Positions 50,620 through 61,296 are shown, counted from the first letter of the stretch. The stretch is 64,000 nucleotides of DNA from Candidatus Poribacteria bacterium (GCA_965198235.1 OZ240248.1:1248001-1312000), one strand, 5' to 3'. The notes: generated by a model from the sequence alone, not told the origin. Numbers and translations: made by a program.

Positions 50620-52605
50620 ATGAGATATATCTGGCGTTTCATCCTGATAATAACGGGTTTCTTGATACTGGCTCTGAGCGCGCCAAACGAAATCACTTAT
50701 CCTGCTAGCGAAACTGGCATGGCCTATAAGATGAAGTATATCCAGAGCGCGCTTGGCGAGAATATGTCCATCCAGGTTAAATTCTTCCGATCCGAGTTCA
50801 CTTTATCTGCGGGTGGCTTTCTCATGTCGTTAGCCGCTTTATTTGTCGGCATGATTCTGATAACCCCCTCGGCCCGGAAATGCCTTAAGTCGCTTATCCG
50901 CCAGCCTCGGCGGCTGACTCTTCTGCTTCTCGCTTTGGGATATCAACTCTTCACGTTGAAGCCAAGTGAGAAAGGCTGGCCAATTGTGTTATACCTCACG
51001 CTTGGAACAGCGGGGATAACGATGATATTCGTCGGTGCCTCATCCCTGGTGGACACTTTAATCTTTCAGCTGAGAAGTCTAGGACAAAAGATTGAGCGAT
51101 GGTTCTATGGGATGCCAGCTGGGACGCTGCTCGCGTCACTTTTCGCCCTGGTCTTCACCGCAACAAATCTGGGTTCTTATTTCCTTTTCGAGCACATACC
51201 CCACGTCGCAGACAGCGTTGACCAAGTCTTCCATGCCAAGATATTTCTTCTCGGCAGACTCACGGTTCCATCGCCTGAACCCAGAGAACTCTTCGACTTC
51301 ACACTCATGATTAACAATGGCAGGTGGTACTCCCAGTATCCGCCGGGACAGACCCTCTTACTGAGTCTCGGTCACATTCTTCACGCCCCCTGGATTATTA
51401 ACCCTTTGCTTGGATCCCTCTGCATCGTTCTGCTCTATTTCATCGGGAAAGAAATATACTCTGAAAGAATAGGAAGGCTGGCCGCACTCCTGGGTGCTTT
51501 GTCACCGTTCTTGGTCTTCATGTCGTCTGAGTATATGAACCATACACCCACACTCTTCTTCTTCGAGCTTTTCCTGCTCGGATTTGTGCGTATGGTAAAG
51601 AGACTCAGGACAAGGGACGCTTTACTGGCTGGGGTTGCTCTGGGATATGTGGTCAACATGCGCCCACTGACGGCTGTTGCTATTGGCATTCCGTTTCTTA
51701 TCTATGCCATATCCAAACTTGTTATGCTGTTTATGACATCGAGGAAGGAATCCTTTCGCTTTACAGGGCTCTGCTTCACGGCACTGGCAATGTTCGGAGT
51801 GATGTTCGGAGGACTCCTCACGTTCAACTATCTCACGAACGGCGATCCGCTGACCTTCGGGTACCACGTCCTGCATGGCACGGATCATGATCCCGGCTTT
51901 GGTCATAGTGCCTGGGGTGAACCTCATACACCCCGGCGGGGTCTCATCCAGACCCTCAACAACCTGAATGCCTTGAACAAGTTTCTCTTTGAGCTTCCGA
52001 TTCCATCTCTGATCTTCGTTTTCCTTGCATTCGTCTCTTTAAAAGCAAATACCTGGGATTGGCTTCTCATAGGTTATGCCTCGTCGCTGATACTTGCCTA
52101 CTTTACCTACTGGCATCAGGACTGGTGTTTGGGTCCCCGGGTTCTGTTTTCATCAACTGCTGCCTTCGTTCTGCTCACCGCACGTGGAATAGCCGCCGTG
52201 CCAGATATTGTCCACAACCTCTTCGGTATCGTCGATAAGAGCAGAGTGAAAGGTTACATTGCCATTCTCCTCATAGCCTGCTTTTGCCTGGGGTTCGCAT
52301 CGAACATACCGAGTCTGTTGAGAGTCTACTCGGACGGCTACTGGGGCGCAAACGCGCAGATTCTGAAAGCCGTCAAAAAGATGCAGATAGACAACGCCAT
52401 CGTGTTCGTCAGATCAGAGAGGCCTATGGGGTATAGAAGTGTATTTCCACAGAACCATCCGCTTTTGAAATCCGATGTTATCTATGCAAGGTTTCTCGAC
52501 GAGAGAAAGAATGCCGAGCTGATGAGGCAGTTTACCGACAGAAAGTTCTACATAGCAGACGGACCTTCTATTACGGAGTATCCGGTCAAGGCACCCACAC
52601 GCTAA
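50620..52605 (+). CDS. GT-C fold membrane glycosyltransferase (ArnT/PMT, GT39/83-like)
   Basis: Many TM helices, HVADS...AKIF-x-x-G, YSQYPPG, SPF-x-x-x-x-S-x-x-YM-x-H, RPL. Confidence 0.75.
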   Translation: MRYIWRFILIITGFLILALSAPNEITYPASETGMAYKMKYIQSALGENMSIQVKFFRSEFTLSAGGFLMSLAALFVGMILITPSARKCLKSLIRQPRRLTLLLLALGYQLFTLKPSEKGWPIVLYLTLGTAGITMIFVGASSLVDTLIFQLRSLGQKIERWFYGMPAGTLLASLFALVFTATNLGSYFLFEHIPHVADSVDQVFHAKIFLLGRLTVPSPEPRELFDFTLMINNGRWYSQYPPGQTLLLSLGHILHAPWIINPLLGSLCIVLLYFIGKEIYSERIGRLAALLGALSPFLVFMSSEYMNHTPTLFFFELFLLGFVRMVKRLRTRDALLAGVALGYVVNMRPLTAVAIGIPFLIYAISKLVMLFMTSRKESFRFTGLCFTALAMFGVMFGGLLTFNYLTNGDPLTFGYHVLHGTDHDPGFGHSAWGEPHTPRRGLIQTLNNLNALNKFLFELPIPSLIFVFLAFVSLKANTWDWLLIGYASSLILAYFTYWHQDWCLGPRVLFSSTAAFVLLTARGIAAVPDIVHNLFGIVDKSRVKGYIAILLIACFCLGFASNIPSLLRVYSDGYWGANAQILKAVKKMQIDNAIVFVRSERPMGYRSVFPQNHPLLKSDVIYARFLDERKNAELMRQFTDRKFYIADGPSITEYPVKAPTR

Positions 52606-52685
52606 AGCGTGGGGAAACCTATGCTTCGTAGCAGTCAGCCTTCCGAGGAAGGACTTACATCTGCTCCACAGAGGGAGAAAATTTC

Positions 52686-54137
52686 ATGGACAATAACAGG
52701 AGTTCGACCCTACTATTTTTTGACGATTGGTACCTGCATCGCCGGGAAAACCTCGTCCGTCATGTCGGACGTCCTCAATTAGTAACTGAGGGGATATTTA
52801 TAGACCCTCATCTCGATGCTTCCTGGGGCTATCCAACTGTCTTTGTAGACGCCAATACCGGTCGCTGGCGGTGTCTGTATCAGGGTCAACTCGAGACTCA
52901 ATACACAAGGCGAGGCCGTCGGATGCAGCACGTCGCGGTAGCCGTCGAAAGCGATGACGGCGTCAGATGGGAGATTGAAGACCTATCGGATAAAATACAA
53001 ATCCCAGATCGTGCTTGTTCTCACCAGGTCCTTCCTCTTGAAGGGTTCGGCGAATGGGGCCCGTGTTTCTTTGATGCCCATACGGATAACGCCGCTGAGC
53101 GGATTAAGGCTTTTGTCAGTTCTAGTAACCTCAAAAAAGGCTCCCAAAGACACTCTCCTTTGTACGTTTCACCCGATGGTTTATCCTGGAAACTCATCGA
53201 AGATGCTCGGTGGCACCCATTTGGAATAGACCCGGCGGTATCGGGTTTCTGGAACCCTATCCGGGGTAGCTACGTTATTGCAGCAAGGCCGAAAGGGGGA
53301 GATCGCCGGATCTCGGTTTATGAAACCAAGGATTGGCGTACCTTCTCCCACCCCGAGGTGGCTCTCCGGACCGATGCCCAGGATACGCCAGCCTCTGAGG
53401 TCTATGGTATGCCCGTTTTCCCCTATGAGGGCATATTTGTCGGATTCCTGTGGATATACCAAGTGTCCCCTATTGTTGACAGCCCGGGTAAGTACATACA
53501 TGGAAAGGTGCGGTGCCAACTCGCTTACAGTTATAATGGGTTGCACTTCCAGCGAGCCCTCAGAGAGCCGTTTTTACCCAACGCCGAGCCAGGTGAATTC
53601 GGGTATGGGTGTATCTACCCATCGAGTATGGTCATGACTGAAGACAAAAAGATCAGGATCTATTCCAGTGCCTCAAAGGGAGAACATGCCCAGATCCACG
53701 CACGTCCGGATCTAGGGGAGGGAGCAATATTAACCCACGAGTTAAGGCTCGATGGATTTTCCTATTTTGAACCCCAAGGGGGTCCAGGATCTTTTACGAC
53801 GCGGCTGTTCTTCTTCCACGGTGAAAAACTCACCCTCAACGTCCAGGCCCCTCAGGGGGAGGTCCGGGTTCAGATAACAGATCCAGATGGCAAACCTCAC
53901 CCAGGGTATACCTTTGAAGATTGCATACCCTTTACGGGTGATGATCTTTTTTGGGAACCAAAGTGGAAGAATCACCCATCCGTCTCAGAATTTATGGAGA
54001 AGGTGGTGCGGCTCGAGGTAAAACTCTTCAACGGCAGGATCTACAGCATCCGCGGTAATTTTATCCCCATTCGGAGCGGAGATTACCGGGGATTCAAAGA
54101 TCAGGGCATACCCCCAAATCCAATGTATGAGCATTGA
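52686..54137 (+). CDS. Beta-propeller glycoside hydrolase-like protein (GH32/43-like) with C-terminal beta-sandwich
   Basis: LFFDD start, S-x-DG-x-x-W repeats, YGMPVF-x-YEG, LR-x-DGF. Confidence 0.6.
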   Translation: MDNNRSSTLLFFDDWYLHRRENLVRHVGRPQLVTEGIFIDPHLDASWGYPTVFVDANTGRWRCLYQGQLETQYTRRGRRMQHVAVAVESDDGVRWEIEDLSDKIQIPDRACSHQVLPLEGFGEWGPCFFDAHTDNAAERIKAFVSSSNLKKGSQRHSPLYVSPDGLSWKLIEDARWHPFGIDPAVSGFWNPIRGSYVIAARPKGGDRRISVYETKDWRTFSHPEVALRTDAQDTPASEVYGMPVFPYEGIFVGFLWIYQVSPIVDSPGKYIHGKVRCQLAYSYNGLHFQRALREPFLPNAEPGEFGYGCIYPSSMVMTEDKKIRIYSSASKGEHAQIHARPDLGEGAILTHELRLDGFSYFEPQGGPGSFTTRLFFFHGEKLTLNVQAPQGEVRVQITDPDGKPHPGYTFEDCIPFTGDDLFWEPKWKNHPSVSEFMEKVVRLEVKLFNGRIYSIRGNFIPIRSGDYRGFKDQGIPPNPMYEH

Positions 54138-54235
54138 AATGAGGTATCATCATGAGAAGTCAAGTACCCAAGTCTAAAGACTTGGGCTTGCGAAAGAGCG
54201 TTTAACTCCAGCAAGCCAAAGGAGGCTTTCAAATC

Positions 54236-55840
54236 ATGGAAAATAATGAGAAAGAAATTCTATATAATGGCATTCGTCTGCCCGAAGAGTGGCCCCCACG
54301 AAATTTGTCTGACACATCCCTTTCACCTCTCTCAGTACCCTACTTAGAAAATCCCCCGACAGTTATTTACATAGATAAGGGAAGACAACTGTTTGTAGAT
54401 GACTTTCTCATTGAAAATACCAATCTAAGAAGGGATTTTCACAAACCACGCTTATATGAAGATAATCCGGTTTTAAAGCCTGAAACGCAACTGGAGATCA
54501 ATAATGGGAAATATCCGGTTGCCTCTCCGTTTAATGACGGGGTTTTTTATGATGCCGAAGAACAGTTATTTAAAATGTGGTATCATGCTGGATGGTTCGA
54601 TGGTGTGGGTTATGCAATAAGTGAAGATGGCTTACATTGGGATAGACCCATGTTAGATGTAGTGCCAGCGACGAACAGGGTACTTCCGGTAAGGCAAGGA
54701 TATCGGCGAGATGGAGCCGCAGTCTGGTTAGACCCCGAAACAGACGACCCGAATCAAAGGTTTAAAATGTTTGTATATTTCCGTTCTCCTGATGGGGAAG
54801 GCGGGGAAGTTTATACCTCATTTGATGGTATCCACTGGGGGAAGCCAGTCAGAACGGGTCCTTGTGGGGATAATACGACTTTCTTCTATAATGCCTTCAG
54901 GAAAAAGTGGGTTTATAGTATTAGGACCTCGAATCGTACGCTTGGACGCACCCGAAGTTATCGCGAACACGAGGATTTTATCAAAGGCGCTTCATGGAAG
55001 AAGGAAGATGTGGTATTCTGGGCGAGAGCTGATGAACTCGACCCAGCTGACCCTGACCTCGGATACTCACCGCAGCTCTATGACGTTAACGCAGTTGCCT
55101 ATGAGAGCTTGCTTCTGGGCTTGTTTGCAATTTTTAAAGGTCCACCCAATGAGCTCTGTGCCATAGGGGGATTCCCTAAGACTAATGAACTGGTGTTAGG
55201 GTATAGCCGCGATGGTTTCCACTGGCATAGACCTGTTCGCAGTCCTTTTATAGCCGCATCGCGAAAGGAAGGCAGATGGAATAGGGGTTATATTCATGCG
55301 GCGGGTGGTGGATGTTTGGTAGTCAATGATAAGATTTACTTTTATTTTGGCGCCTGGTCGGGAGAGTCACCTACACTCGGTAGACATATGTATGCAGGAG
55401 GTACGACTGGACTCGCAATACTTCGCCGAGACGGTTTTGCTTCCATGAATGCCGGTTTATCTACTGAATCTTTAACAACTAAACCCGTGATATTTAATAA
55501 GGGCAAGCATCTTTTTGTGAATACGAATACAAAAAAGGGTATGCTCCAAGTTGAAATTTTAGACGATCAAGGCAATGAGATTCAGCCATATTCGCATATA
55601 AACTGCGTTCCCATAAGCAAGGATACTACCTGTCAATTAGTAAGGTGGAAAAAAGGAGAAGATTTATCTTCTCTGGCGGGTAAGTCGGTGAAATTTAGGT
55701 TTTATTTAACAAACGGAGAGTTATATTCTTTCTGGGTCAGTCCCGATTTAACAGGCGCCAGCGATGGCTATGTAGCGGCTGGAGGTCCAGGATTTAGCAC
55801 TGCCCTTGATGCCACAATTCCTTCAGTTGATTTGGACTGA
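54236..55840 (+). CDS. Beta-propeller glycoside hydrolase-like protein (GH32/43-like)
   Basis: RQLFVDDFLI, NPVL-x-P, S-x-DG-x-HW repeats, YSRDGFHW, LRRDGFASM, F-x-L-x-x-x-x-LYSF. Confidence 0.65.
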   Translation: MENNEKEILYNGIRLPEEWPPRNLSDTSLSPLSVPYLENPPTVIYIDKGRQLFVDDFLIENTNLRRDFHKPRLYEDNPVLKPETQLEINNGKYPVASPFNDGVFYDAEEQLFKMWYHAGWFDGVGYAISEDGLHWDRPMLDVVPATNRVLPVRQGYRRDGAAVWLDPETDDPNQRFKMFVYFRSPDGEGGEVYTSFDGIHWGKPVRTGPCGDNTTFFYNAFRKKWVYSIRTSNRTLGRTRSYREHEDFIKGASWKKEDVVFWARADELDPADPDLGYSPQLYDVNAVAYESLLLGLFAIFKGPPNELCAIGGFPKTNELVLGYSRDGFHWHRPVRSPFIAASRKEGRWNRGYIHAAGGGCLVVNDKIYFYFGAWSGESPTLGRHMYAGGTTGLAILRRDGFASMNAGLSTESLTTKPVIFNKGKHLFVNTNTKKGMLQVEILDDQGNEIQPYSHINCVPISKDTTCQLVRWKKGEDLSSLAGKSVKFRFYLTNGELYSFWVSPDLTGASDGYVAAGGPGFSTALDATIPSVDLD

Positions 55841-55931
55841 GATTTTCTATCATTTCCATGCGATAGAGTCAATCACAGTCTTCATTATTTGTCAATGACT
55901 AACTGTCGAACTTCTATCAAAGGAGTAGCGA

Positions 55932-57056
55932 ATGGACACATCATCTATACATTGGAGTCAAACCGACACCGTCGCCCCAGCAAGCCGCGTGCAGGACCTG
56001 CTGCGGCCGGAAGTGCTTCAGGCATTTGACCGCACATTCTTCGAGCGCGAAGGATATTGGGTGTGGGAGGGGATACTGACCGATGCCGGCCGCAAGCGGT
56101 GGACGGAGAGCTTGCAGAAGCTACAGCAGATGAACGATGAGATCGCCATGGACACCGACTGGGCTGCCATCGACTTCGCGGGCCGGGGGCTACAGCCGCC
56201 GTTGCCGGAGCAAATCACCCCGGAGTTTTTGGCAACGTGTTGCGGGGGCTCAGAGCAGATGCGCTTCATGCCACGAGGACTGAATCAATACATGCGCGAC
56301 CCCGGGCTGTTCGGCCCAGGTCCTGCGTTGGTGACACGCGGGTACGAGTCGCAGGGAGTCATGCCGGAACATTTCTCGATTGGATACGACGACTTCATCA
56401 GGGATGTCGCCACCGCCCACCCTCAAATGATGGCGCTATTCAGCAAACTTTTCGGTGATCGCTTCATACTCGACCACTGCAACATGCTCAACCGGACCCC
56501 GGGCTCAATAGGGCGGCGGTGGCATGCTCACCAGTATCGGCAGGGGCAGTACGAGGTCGAAGATCCTATCGGTACCGGAGACGCCCTGACCCCCGAGTTT
56601 CTGCAACGGCAGTGTATTCGGACGCTCTGCTACCCAGAAGGTGCAACCCTCGAGGAGGGTGGGGAACTTGGGGTCATCCCGGGCGCTCATCTCTACCGCA
56701 TTCCGTACAAATGGAACACCGAGCGACCCGATGATGACACCGCCATGAAAGCGGGCTGGCTGAAGGGAAAGATCCACGCCTTCACCGGCAAGCCGTTGGA
56801 AATGGTACGCTTCTCGCTACCGCCCGGGAGCATGGTCTCGTTTCCCCATCACATGCCACATCATGTCGGCCATCGCAAGCCAGGAACCCCGACCCGATGG
56901 GGCTTGCTGATAGCGTATCGGACACCAGACCCCGACGCAAGCCCGGCCAAATGGACAAATGGCATACCTGCCCATTGGGTGGAACGGGCCGCGGCGGAAG
57001 GAAGGCTCTCCTCTGCGGCACGCCGAGTGCTTGAGGCGGACAATCCCCTCGACTGA
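55932..57056 (+). CDS. PhyH-like dioxygenase, atypical metal motif
   Basis: F-x-REGY, HP-x-M-x-x-L-x-x-KL-x-G, WHAH, GG-x-L-x-VIPGAH, PGS-x-V...HH. Confidence 0.65.
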   Translation: MDTSSIHWSQTDTVAPASRVQDLLRPEVLQAFDRTFFEREGYWVWEGILTDAGRKRWTESLQKLQQMNDEIAMDTDWAAIDFAGRGLQPPLPEQITPEFLATCCGGSEQMRFMPRGLNQYMRDPGLFGPGPALVTRGYESQGVMPEHFSIGYDDFIRDVATAHPQMMALFSKLFGDRFILDHCNMLNRTPGSIGRRWHAHQYRQGQYEVEDPIGTGDALTPEFLQRQCIRTLCYPEGATLEEGGELGVIPGAHLYRIPYKWNTERPDDDTAMKAGWLKGKIHAFTGKPLEMVRFSLPPGSMVSFPHHMPHHVGHRKPGTPTRWGLLIAYRTPDPDASPAKWTNGIPAHWVERAAAEGRLSSAARRVLEADNPLD

Positions 57057-57197
57057 TTGGACATTTCAAATGGACAAAATCCGGCTTCAGCCAAAGCGTT
57101 ATGACTGACTTTGGTAGCAAAGCGCCACCCCCTACCAAGACGACCGACGGTTGGGAAATCAGGAAAGAGAATAGGGAGTTTTACTGCACCCTGACAG

Positions 57198-59159
57198 ATG
57201 AACAAGTCAAAACGGTTCGATACTTACTTAAACCCCACGAGCAAATCTGTTGGCATATCATCGCGGGCAGTTCTCATTGGGCTAGTCTGTGCCGCCGGGG
57301 AATGTATGATTGCGCCTTACAATGATTACGTGATTCGCAATGTCTTTCTCGCTGGCGGTCATTTTCCTGTCGGTCCATTTTTTGTCCTGACCATCCTCGT
57401 GCTGATTGGCAACCGCATCTTGAGCGCAGTTTCTCCCAAACTCGCACTGTCGGCGGGTGAATTGGTGACGATCTGGTGTATCATGGCAGCCGCCTCCGGC
57501 ATTCCTTCGACAGGCATGATGAGATATGCGTTTCGCCCGCTTGTCGCCTACCAGTATTTTGCAACACCCGAAAATGATTGGGAAGCACTTTTCCATCAAT
57601 ATATTCCCCACTGGCGCGTTGTTCGTGATGAGAATGCTATCAAATCCTTTTATGAAGGCATCTTTTTGGGGGAATCCATCCCCTGGGGGGCATGGCTGAT
57701 ACCTCTATTCGCTTGGACACTTTACGTGTTTGTCCTCTACTTCGTTGTGATATGCCTCTCGGTGCTGCTGCGCAGACAATGGGTCGAGATTGAGCGGTGT
57801 AGCTTTCCGCTGGTTGTGTTGCCTGTGGAGATGGCAAACAACCCGCCGGGAGCGAGAAATTCACTCTTCAGGAACAGAGCATTATGGGTCGGATTTGCCG
57901 TTCCCCTATGCATTCACACGTTGAACGGCCTTCATGCGTTCTTCCCTGGCGTGCCGGAATTTCCCGTCCGATTCAATCCCCATCCCTACTTAATTGAAAA
58001 TCCTTGGAGTGCACTGAGACCTTTGCAACTCAACTTGTATTGTTCGATAGTGGGGTTCAGCTATTTACTGCCGCTTGAGGTGTCGTTTAGCCTGTGGTTT
58101 TTCTTTCTATTCTTCAAACTCCAATGTCTTATCGGCTCGATGCTCGGTTTCCAAATCACCAAAGGTCCAGGCGTGCAGTGGAACGCGTATTCGTTCAGCG
58201 CTTCTCAGGAAATCGGTGCGTGCCTCACCTTTGTCATCTGCACCCTTTTCATAGCACGGCATCACATCAGAAGTATGCTTGTCAGTGCCTTTCGCAAAAG
58301 CGATGACTCAAACGAGGCGATGCCCTCTGGTTTGACAATTACCGGTCTCGTCGGCGGGATATTGCTGCTGGCGTTTGCAAATCATCTGATGGGAATGTCG
58401 TTGGGATTCGCACTGCTTTTTGTGCTGGTGCTTCTAGGAATTTACATTGTCTTGACATGGCAAGTCATCCACGGAGGAATTCCTTTTGTCAATCCTTCGT
58501 ATTCAGCGCATTACGTTCTCTTTACCACGCTGGGGTCGGCGAGAATCAATCCTTCAACCCTGACATCGCTGTTTATGCATCCGGTCTCTCTCACGCGCGA
58601 CTTGAGGGAGATTATGATGCCGTATGTGGCAAACGGTCTCAAGGCGGCCGATGACGTCAAGGTCAGACGGAGGGGGCTGTTAATAGGTATGGGCGCGGCG
58701 ATGGTTATCGGAACCCTTGTCTCATATTATTCCGTCCTCAAGGTCAGCTATGCACATCGTGCGCCGTACACAGGGGGGGCGGGCGACATGCGGTGGCTGA
58801 CTTCTCTGCTCGTTAGCGCCGAGACCGGGACGGACTGGACGAACACAGGTTTTATGGTCGGAGGCAGCCTTTTCATGGGGCTGTTGATGTGGCTGAGAAG
58901 GGTTTTCGTGTGGTGGCCGCTTCATCCAATCGGGTATACAATGCTTAGTTCTTGGGCCTCATTAAAGCTGTGGCCCTCAATCTTTCTAGGCTGGATGATG
59001 AAGTATATTCTCGTCAGGTACGGGGGATTGAGAATGTATCGAGGGGCGAGGCCGATATTCCTTGGGCTTGTGCTTGGCGAGATGACCTGCGCTGGAATCT
59101 GGGCACTTGTTGGAATGGCAACGGGCGTCAGCACGGGTTATCGAATCTTGCTTAGTTAA
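57198..59159 (+). CDS. Polytopic membrane protein (DUF6785/DUF6784-like putative transporter)
   Basis: RRQW-x-x-x-ER-x-x-FP, WWPLHPIGY, R-x-GG-x-x-x-Y-x-x-x-x-P-x-FLGL-x-x-GE; many TM helices. Confidence 0.65.
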   Translation: MNKSKRFDTYLNPTSKSVGISSRAVLIGLVCAAGECMIAPYNDYVIRNVFLAGGHFPVGPFFVLTILVLIGNRILSAVSPKLALSAGELVTIWCIMAAASGIPSTGMMRYAFRPLVAYQYFATPENDWEALFHQYIPHWRVVRDENAIKSFYEGIFLGESIPWGAWLIPLFAWTLYVFVLYFVVICLSVLLRRQWVEIERCSFPLVVLPVEMANNPPGARNSLFRNRALWVGFAVPLCIHTLNGLHAFFPGVPEFPVRFNPHPYLIENPWSALRPLQLNLYCSIVGFSYLLPLEVSFSLWFFFLFFKLQCLIGSMLGFQITKGPGVQWNAYSFSASQEIGACLTFVICTLFIARHHIRSMLVSAFRKSDDSNEAMPSGLTITGLVGGILLLAFANHLMGMSLGFALLFVLVLLGIYIVLTWQVIHGGIPFVNPSYSAHYVLFTTLGSARINPSTLTSLFMHPVSLTRDLREIMMPYVANGLKAADDVKVRRRGLLIGMGAAMVIGTLVSYYSVLKVSYAHRAPYTGGAGDMRWLTSLLVSAETGTDWTNTGFMVGGSLFMGLLMWLRRVFVWWPLHPIGYTMLSSWASLKLWPSIFLGWMMKYILVRYGGLRMYRGARPIFLGLVLGEMTCAGIWALVGMATGVSTGYRILLS

Positions 59160-59232
59160 AATGACTAAAATGCCCGGCGAAGGCGACATTGACACTCAGC
59201 ACAATCGGGGTCAGGTGTGCGGTAAAAAGATC

Positions 59233-59661
59233 ATGATGACACCCATGACAACCAAACAGACCAAACCAACCGTCCACACAGATGAAATCTTTGAGATGCA
59301 GGATCTCTTTGAATCGGAGCGCATCCCGAACATCGGGGTGGCGACCGACGGTGCCGCCCTGGCCTTTGCGAGGACAGGACGCCTGCTCCGCCGCAGTGAG
59401 GACGGCGGTCAGACCTGGAGTCCGATTCAGGAGGTTGGACAGGATGCCGGGGGCAGTGCTGTCATCGACGAAAATAGTGGAGATGTGATGGTCGTTCACG
59501 CCAGGGCCGGCCACCTGTGGCGCAGCCACGACCCTGGCAAGACATGGGAGAGAGAGACGATCTCCCCCAAGCCAAATGCGGTGGGACACGGGACGCCGGA
59601 CGCGGTTCCCGCGCAAACAGCCTGTTCAGAGTCAGGTGTCACGTTGCTTTATACCGAATAG
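59233..59661 (+). pseudogene. Truncated sialidase/BNR-repeat protein
   Basis: RIP motif and Asp-boxes SEDGGQTW and SHDPGKTW; ends after about 140 codons, overlapping the convergent gene. Confidence 0.65.
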
Positions 59662-60488
59662 AATGCCGCAGCGTTTTCATAAAAGAGCCTATTTTTCTCC
59701 GCGTCCGACGCATCCTCAACAGCCCATGAGAGTGCCGCTACCCATTCCTGATATGTTGCCGCCAAGGTACACACGGGCCAATCACTCCCAAACATCAGCC
59801 GTTCATAGCCGAAAGCCTCTACCAGATGACGGATATATGGCTTCAGTTCCTCACAGGTCCAGTTCTCACTCGCAGTCGTCACAATCCCCGATACCTTGCA
59901 GTGGACGTTTTCAAAGGAGGCGAGTTCGTTTATGTATGTTGCCCACGGCTCGAATTGTCCGCCTTTTATGTCCGGTCCCCCGCAGTGGTTAAGGGCATGC
60001 CGAACGTCCGGTGTCGCCTTGATGAGTTCGATTGCCGCCGGAAGCTGCGCATAATTCGCACAGAGCTCAAAAGAGAGATCAAACTTCGTCAGCAATTTCA
60101 CGCCATTAATCAGTTCAGGCGTAGCGTAGAACTGCGGATCGGGATGATGCCACGCCATTCGACGCACCCCGACGACAAGCCCGAATCCCGTAAGCTGCTC
60201 AAGAATAGCCTCGGCATTCGGCTTTTCAAGAGGTGCCGCCGCCGCTATTGCACCTATCATCCCATCTGTCTCGGATATTTGTGTTAGCCACTCGACCTCC
60301 TTGACGACATCCGCTTCAGCGGGATCCCCTTCAACGTGTACCGATCTGACGACGTTAAGGTCCCCAATCGCCTCACGATAGTCTTCCGCTGTGTATCGCT
60401 TTCCCAATAGGTCGAACCCTTCTAACCAAGGGTATTCCAAATTAGAGGTGTCCCAAAGGTGTTGGTGGGTATCAATTATTCTAAGCAT
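59649..60488 (-). CDS. Amidohydrolase_2 family (sugar lactonase-like)
   Basis: IIDTHQHLW, LNH-x-G-x-P, CKVSG, RLMFGSDWPV. Confidence 0.85.
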   Translation of the reverse strand: MLRIIDTHQHLWDTSNLEYPWLEGFDLLGKRYTAEDYREAIGDLNVVRSVHVEGDPAEADVVKEVEWLTQISETDGMIGAIAAAAPLEKPNAEAILEQLTGFGLVVGVRRMAWHHPDPQFYATPELINGVKLLTKFDLSFELCANYAQLPAAIELIKATPDVRHALNHCGGPDIKGGQFEPWATYINELASFENVHCKVSGIVTTASENWTCEELKPYIRHLVEAFGYERLMFGSDWPVCTLAATYQEWVAALSWAVEDASDAEKNRLFYENAAAFYSV

Positions 60489-60600
60489 CTATCGCTCCTC
60501 ACCTGAAAATGATTTGAATTTCGTCAGAATATCCTGTATAATTTCTTAACCTAACAGATATTTAACAGCAGCAATAAAACACAATGTGGAGGTGTCTATC

Positions 60601-61296
60601 ATGTTTTTGGGTTTCTTTGATCCGCTCTATTTCGTGTTCCTCGCACCGGGACTTGCACTGTCCCTCTACGCGACGTTTCGCACAAAATCGACATTCTCAA
60701 AATATTCAAAAGTCGGATCGCGTAGCGGGCTGACAGGCGCGCAAGCCGCCGATCTGATGCTAAAAAGACACGGTGTTAGCGACGTACGGATCGAACGTTC
60801 AAGTGGATGGTTAAGTGACCACTATGATCCGGGTCAGAAGGCACTTAGGTTGTCCGACAATGTCTATTCAAGTCAATCGCTTTCCGCAATAGGGGTCGCT
60901 TGCCACGAAGCCGGACATGCGATGCAGGATGCACACGGCTATGCAATGCTAAACCTGCGTACTGCCCTCGTCCCTGCGACGAACTTTAGTTCGATGTTCT
61001 CTTATATCCTGATAATGGTAGGGTTCTTTATTCAACCCTTCCTACTGTTCGGTGTTGGACTCTTTGCGGTAGGTGTCGTCTTTTCGTTGATAACGCTTCC
61101 CGTTGAATGGGATGCAAGCAAACGTGCCAAAGTCGCAATGGCGGAAGCGGGGATGCTCTCGCAAGAAGAGAATCAGCATGCCAGTAAGGTGCTCAACGCC
61201 GCATTTTTGACGTATCTCGCGGCGGCAGTGACAAGCCTCCTTACACTGCTCTACTACCTATTCCGATTGGGATTGTTGGGTGGCGGTGACGAGTAA
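60601..61296 (+). CDS. Membrane zinc metallopeptidase (YugP / Zn_peptidase_2)
   Basis: LSDHYDP, HEAGHA-x-Q, TLPVE-x-DAS-x-RA, AA-x-LTY-x-AA; GGAGG before ATG 60601. Confidence 0.88.
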   Translation: MFLGFFDPLYFVFLAPGLALSLYATFRTKSTFSKYSKVGSRSGLTGAQAADLMLKRHGVSDVRIERSSGWLSDHYDPGQKALRLSDNVYSSQSLSAIGVACHEAGHAMQDAHGYAMLNLRTALVPATNFSSMFSYILIMVGFFIQPFLLFGVGLFAVGVVFSLITLPVEWDASKRAKVAMAEAGMLSQEENQHASKVLNAAFLTYLAAAVTSLLTLLYYLFRLGLLGGGDE

